The notes under the pieces are model-generated. The model was not told where the DNA came from. It saw only the letters and a program-made list of their open reading frames with translations, and did not search any database. Positions 60,197-64,000 of a stretch of 64,000 bases of DNA are shown here, piece by piece. The stretch covers positions 11,842-75,841 of the forward strand of contig CAJKBH010000006.1 in the NCBI GenBank assembly GCA_905198125.1. Direction: 5' to 3'. A program made the position numbers and the translations under genes. Each line of letters opens with the position of its first letter. Position 1 is the first letter of the stretch. The DNA is from an uncultured Porphyromonadaceae bacterium (GTDB lineage: Bacteria > Bacteroidota > Bacteroidia > Bacteroidales > Muribaculaceae).

Positions 60197-62879
60197 TGCG
60201 GAAATCCGGCACCTGCTTAGTCACATCCCGAACCATATAGACTCCCTGAGGCACCGGTTGCCCTTGGGAATCACATACATCCCATACAGTCTGCCCGTTG
60301 CCAACAGCGGGCAGTTGCTTTATGTGTCTGCCCCCTGCGTCTATCACGGCAAGCACCGTCTGCGCCGGCAGGTTTACGAATTTCACGTTGCCCCTGTACT
60401 CGGGAAGCACATTGGCGGGGTATGCCATGGGGGTGCCTGTTCCCGTGGCCTCGGCCTGAACCTGATCGGGCTTGACGGAATGCAGGCCCATGTTCGTGCC
60501 TATCATCAGTTCGTTGCCATCCGGATCCCAGCACAGTCCGTCCACCTGATTGGACAGCATCGGCGAATTGGTCATGTCGTAATGGGCTATCACCTTCCTG
60601 CGGTCGGCCGATATGCCGTATACGCCGCTTGTAGCCGTCCCCACCCACATACGGTTATATTCGTCAAAAGCAATGCTGTATACAAAATCAGACATGACCG
60701 CCGGCTCCCGGCTCCCGTCCGCGTATACGGCCTTAAACTCCGTTCCTTCTATGATTCCGTCCTTTACCGGCTTGGTAAGGTCTACCGACATAAGTTTGCC
60801 GTCGAACGACAGCCAGACATTCCCTGTGACAGGATCCTCGGCAACCGCCATGATGTATTCCTTGTGGTAGAGAAGACCGTCATGTGTCCTGATCTGATAT
60901 ATCAGATACGCCTTATCGTCCGAGGCATCTTCAAGCGTGCCGTTATGATCGCACACCGCTAACCCCTGACTGCCCCAGTTATTGGATACGACAACGATCT
61001 TGTTTTTGTTCTTGGGATGTTTCATGGCGACGCCCTCCCCGCCACGCATCGTCAGGGGTGTCTTGAGATCCGCCAAGGGGAAAGTAAGATACTTCCATTT
61101 CCCGGCCTTGGAGATGTCCTGGGCCGTCATGGCCTCGTTGCGGCTTTCCGGAGTCCAATACATCAGGTCGACCCGCGGTCCCTGACCCTTGTAGTCCAGG
61201 ACATCCGTCAGACATACCCAGATTACATTGTCGCCATCAGCCCCGATCATCTGTGTCCACGAAAACCGTGCGCCGTCCTTGGTCTCGAAATTTTCCATGT
61301 ATCCGGGAAAATCCTTGTATCCGTCCCTTGCGTCCGTAAACCTCAGTATCTGTCCCTCTATATCGGTCATGTTCACGGCTACGATGCCGGCGTCAACCGA
61401 CGCCACCACCGCATATTCCGGGTGCAAGGGGTCTATCATAAATCCCTTCAGATGAGCCGAAGGATAGGGGTATGAACGTTCATTGTTGAATTTTGCGGTC
61501 AGATTGCTGTTTCCGTTCAGACTGCGCGGGGTGCCGTATATGGGCGAATAGTTGGTCCATGTCCCTCCTTTATAACCGCTCAGCAACATGGGACTGAAAC
61601 CGTACACGCGCGAGAAATGCCTCGGGGTTGAGTTCCGGTTCATTACCGTTACCCCGGTTACGGGGGAATATTCCATGTCGGTCAGTTCCATTCCGACGGG
61701 GCCGTGCCACTGTATCATGGCGCCGGGCTGGCTCCATGTGCCGTTGGACGTCGAGACCGCACGGCTATAGAATCCCTTGCGCCTTTCGTAAAACCAGAAA
61801 TCGTCGAAATCCAGCGTCCCTACGTATCGCGGCGTCGACACGGGGAACTTGTAGCTTGCCACCGACTGGCCCGAAGCCGAACCCATAGGCACGAAATAAG
61901 CCGTAGTCGACGAGAATGCCAGATAGCCGTCCGCGGCCGGAATGAAATTGTTTTCGTACCGGTTGGCCACGATATGCCTCAGGCACGGCATTGTGCTGCT
62001 TTCCCATATACTTGCCGTGGAGGTACACAGCTGGTTGGAGAATGTCGCGTCCGTCACCTTGGTCTCGGCGGTCATGTTGCCGTTTTTCCATGTCACGACA
62101 CTCAGCTTCGACCCGTCTATCAGTGTGGCGAACGATGTGGCCGAAAGCGGCAGAATGCGGTTGGCCGACGTCACGCTCAGCTCCGTGTGCTTCCTGAACG
62201 ATTCTATTCTCGTCCTGTCGCCTGACTCGGGGGCGTCGTAAAACGCATCGCCCACAATGGCCACGACCTTATCGCCCACCAGGCATATCGATTCCACAGG
62301 ACTGTCGACGTACACGCATTCCTTCACCTCGTACGTAGCGCCGTCAATCCTGACATACCCCCTGTCCATGGCAATCCAGGCATCGTCGTTCAGGTCAAAA
62401 CTGACTGTACCCGTCTGTCCCATCTTGGCCATAGACGGGCTCCGGAGCGCCTTGATGGAATGCATCGTGCCGGAATCCTCAAGTACATCGATGCCTCCGT
62501 CGCTGTAACAAATCCACAGGGTGCCGGTGCGGGGATTATAATTCAATACGCGCACGTCATTGCCCGTCGGGCGGTATGTGTCGAAAAGACCATGCACGCC
62601 TTTGCCGGGATTTTGTTTGTCGATATACAGCACCGTGCCGCGCGGTGCCTTAAACAGCTTGTAATCCGTATCGTCATGGTAGAAAGCCTGGTGTGCGAAC
62701 ACGTACACGTAACGGTTTCCTTCTATTATCTTGCTGATCTGGCCGTCGAACGCAGTATGCGTCTTCCATGTCGCGTCCGATTGCTCCGGGACATCCTCGG
62801 TCTGCGCCTGAACGCTCATGGCCGCACCGCACGCCGCTACGCCTGCGAGGGCCAGTAATATCATTATCCTTCTGTTCAT
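60180..62879 (-). CDS. Large secreted protein with T9SS C-terminal sorting domain (899 aa)
   Basis: Signal peptide; last about 80 aa (KFVNLPAQTVLAVIDAGGRHI...GVYMVRDV...FRIIVSR) match por_Secre_tail pattern; body beta-rich, function unknown; 17-bp tail-to-tail overlap with epimerase gene. Confidence 0.65.
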   Translation of the reverse strand: MNRRIMILLALAGVAACGAAMSVQAQTEDVPEQSDATWKTHTAFDGQISKIIEGNRYVYVFAHQAFYHDDTDYKLFKAPRGTVLYIDKQNPGKGVHGLFDTYRPTGNDVRVLNYNPRTGTLWICYSDGGIDVLEDSGTMHSIKALRSPSMAKMGQTGTVSFDLNDDAWIAMDRGYVRIDGATYEVKECVYVDSPVESICLVGDKVVAIVGDAFYDAPESGDRTRIESFRKHTELSVTSANRILPLSATSFATLIDGSKLSVVTWKNGNMTAETKVTDATFSNQLCTSTASIWESSTMPCLRHIVANRYENNFIPAADGYLAFSSTTAYFVPMGSASGQSVASYKFPVSTPRYVGTLDFDDFWFYERRKGFYSRAVSTSNGTWSQPGAMIQWHGPVGMELTDMEYSPVTGVTVMNRNSTPRHFSRVYGFSPMLLSGYKGGTWTNYSPIYGTPRSLNGNSNLTAKFNNERSYPYPSAHLKGFMIDPLHPEYAVVASVDAGIVAVNMTDIEGQILRFTDARDGYKDFPGYMENFETKDGARFSWTQMIGADGDNVIWVCLTDVLDYKGQGPRVDLMYWTPESRNEAMTAQDISKAGKWKYLTFPLADLKTPLTMRGGEGVAMKHPKNKNKIVVVSNNWGSQGLAVCDHNGTLEDASDDKAYLIYQIRTHDGLLYHKEYIMAVAEDPVTGNVWLSFDGKLMSVDLTKPVKDGIIEGTEFKAVYADGSREPAVMSDFVYSIAFDEYNRMWVGTATSGVYGISADRRKVIAHYDMTNSPMLSNQVDGLCWDPDGNELMIGTNMGLHSVKPDQVQAEATGTGTPMAYPANVLPEYRGNVKFVNLPAQTVLAVIDAGGRHIKQLPAVGNGQTVWDVCDSQGQPVPQGVYMVRDVTKQVPDFRIIVSR

Positions 62880-63020
62880 TATGATATTTAAACGTGGTTT
62901 TCATCATAAAATTACGCCTTTTCCGCCCCTTACACACCTTGTGTATGTCCTTGCGGAGCGTTGCAGCCCGATTCGCGGGCGATTTTTAGCTTTCGGGATT
63001 GAATATTGACAATTTTTTTG

Positions 63021-63028
63021 TAATTTTG
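63021..63028 (+). promoter_or_regulatory. -7 box TAATTTTG
   Basis: Exact TAnnTTTG 9 nt upstream of the 63037 ATG (short/leaderless transcript implied). Confidence 0.35.
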
Positions 63029-63036
63029 TCCCCATT

Positions 63037-64000
63037 ATGGCCCGGATGGAAAACATTGTAAAGCGTTTGGCTCCCGAACTTGAAGCGATGAACGGCATCA
63101 TTGCCGATTCGTTGCATACCCCCAACCGTATGATGAACGGCATCGTGGACCATTACCTGGAGGTGAAAGGGAAGCAGATACGCCCCATGCTGGTGATTCT
63201 GGCCGCCAAGATGTTCGGCCGTGTCAGCGACGAGGTGCTGTACGCAGGCGCGTCGCTGGAGATGCTGCACAACGCCTCCCTGATTCATGACGACATCGTG
63301 GACGAGACCTTCCTGCGGCGCGGCCGCGACACCATCAACGCCTCGTGGGGCAACCATATAGCCGTCCTGGTGGGCGACTATTTCGTCTCCAACGCCCTGT
63401 CCGTGGGACTCCGCAGCGGCAGCGTCAAAGTAGTGTCGGCCCTGTGCGCCTTGGGTCAGGAACTCTCGCTCGGCGAGATAGACCAGATCACCACTGCCCG
63501 CGAGCACAGCTTCGACACCGACAGCTATTTCACGGTGATACGGCAGAAGACGGCCTCGCTGTTCCGCAGCTGCGTCAACGTCGGACTGGACGTAAGCCAC
63601 GCACCGGAGCAATACGTCGCGCCGATGGGCCGATACGCCGAACTGCTCGGCCTCTGCTTCCAGATCAAGGACGACATCTTCGACTATTTCCCCAACCCGC
63701 AGATAGGCAAGCCCACCGGCAACGACCTGCGCGAAGGCAAGGTGACGCTCCCGCTGCTCTACGCCCTGCAGAACGCCCCGCAGGAGGAATCCGACCGCAT
63801 GAAGGACCTGATTCGACGCGGAGACCTGGCTGCCTCCGAAATAGAATCACTCGTTGAGTTCGCCAAGGAGCACGGCGGCATCGACGACGCCTTTACCGAA
63901 ATGCGAAGGATGCAGAAGGAAGCCGACGAAATCATCGCGCCCCTCCCCGACTCGGAAAGCAAGGAATCTTTCCGCGAGATTTTCGACTACATCATCAGCC
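63037..64000 (+). CDS. Polyprenyl diphosphate synthase (trans-IPPS, IspB-like), 3'-partial at window end
   Basis: First and second Asp-rich motifs (LIHDDIVDE, FQIKDDIFD); ORF runs off the window. Confidence 0.88.
   Translation, partial: MARMENIVKRLAPELEAMNGIIADSLHTPNRMMNGIVDHYLEVKGKQIRPMLVILAAKMFGRVSDEVLYAGASLEMLHNASLIHDDIVDETFLRRGRDTINASWGNHIAVLVGDYFVSNALSVGLRSGSVKVVSALCALGQELSLGEIDQITTAREHSFDTDSYFTVIRQKTASLFRSCVNVGLDVSHAPEQYVAPMGRYAELLGLCFQIKDDIFDYFPNPQIGKPTGNDLREGKVTLPLLYALQNAPQEESDRMKDLIRRGDLAASEIESLVEFAKEHGGIDDAFTEMRRMQKEADEIIAPLPDSESKESFREIFDYIIS

Overview
The window is a 64 kb chromosomal segment from a high-GC (about 58-60 percent) Bacteroidales-type genome. The lineage call rests on Bacteroides-style TAnnTTTG -7 promoter boxes, a T9SS C-terminal sorting domain, a DUF4270/DUF4924-type gene set and a B. 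fragilis-type mannan operon. Most of it is densely packed housekeeping, in window order: PpiD-like chaperone, metK, beta-carbonic anhydrase, two ABC-F ATPases, ffh, panD/panC, holB, galE, an AddB-like nuclease, rplY, pth, the thrS-infC-rpmI-rplT operon, a type II NADH dehydrogenase, rfbD, prfC, coaX-lptC, two paralogous ECF sigma factors, one tRNA-Thr, and a partial polyprenyl synthase at the 3' edge. Accessory or unusual content: (1) a RAYT/IS200-like HUH Y1 transposase gene with a roughly 140 aa C-terminal extension, next to a 19-nt REP-like motif that recurs twice 28 kb away; (2) a roughly 0.7 kb low-GC islet carrying a RelE/ParE-Phd toxin-antitoxin pair; (3) a tight three-gene operon of an MsbA-like ABC exporter, a UbiA-family decaprenyl-phosphate phosphoribosyltransferase-like enzyme (exact NDxxDxxxD motif) and a GT-C membrane glycosyltransferase, which I rate the best candidate for a poorly described envelope glycosylation system; (4) a LicD - glycosyltransferase - UDP-galactopyranose mutase module; (5) a SusC/D-less mannan catabolic operon (GH26, GH130 mannosylglucose phosphorylase, GPH symporter, cellobiose 2-epimerase); (6) several small repeat families at gene 3' ends. 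No CRISPR array, integrase or phage genes were seen. All calls come from reading the sequence and ORF translations by eye; no database search was run.
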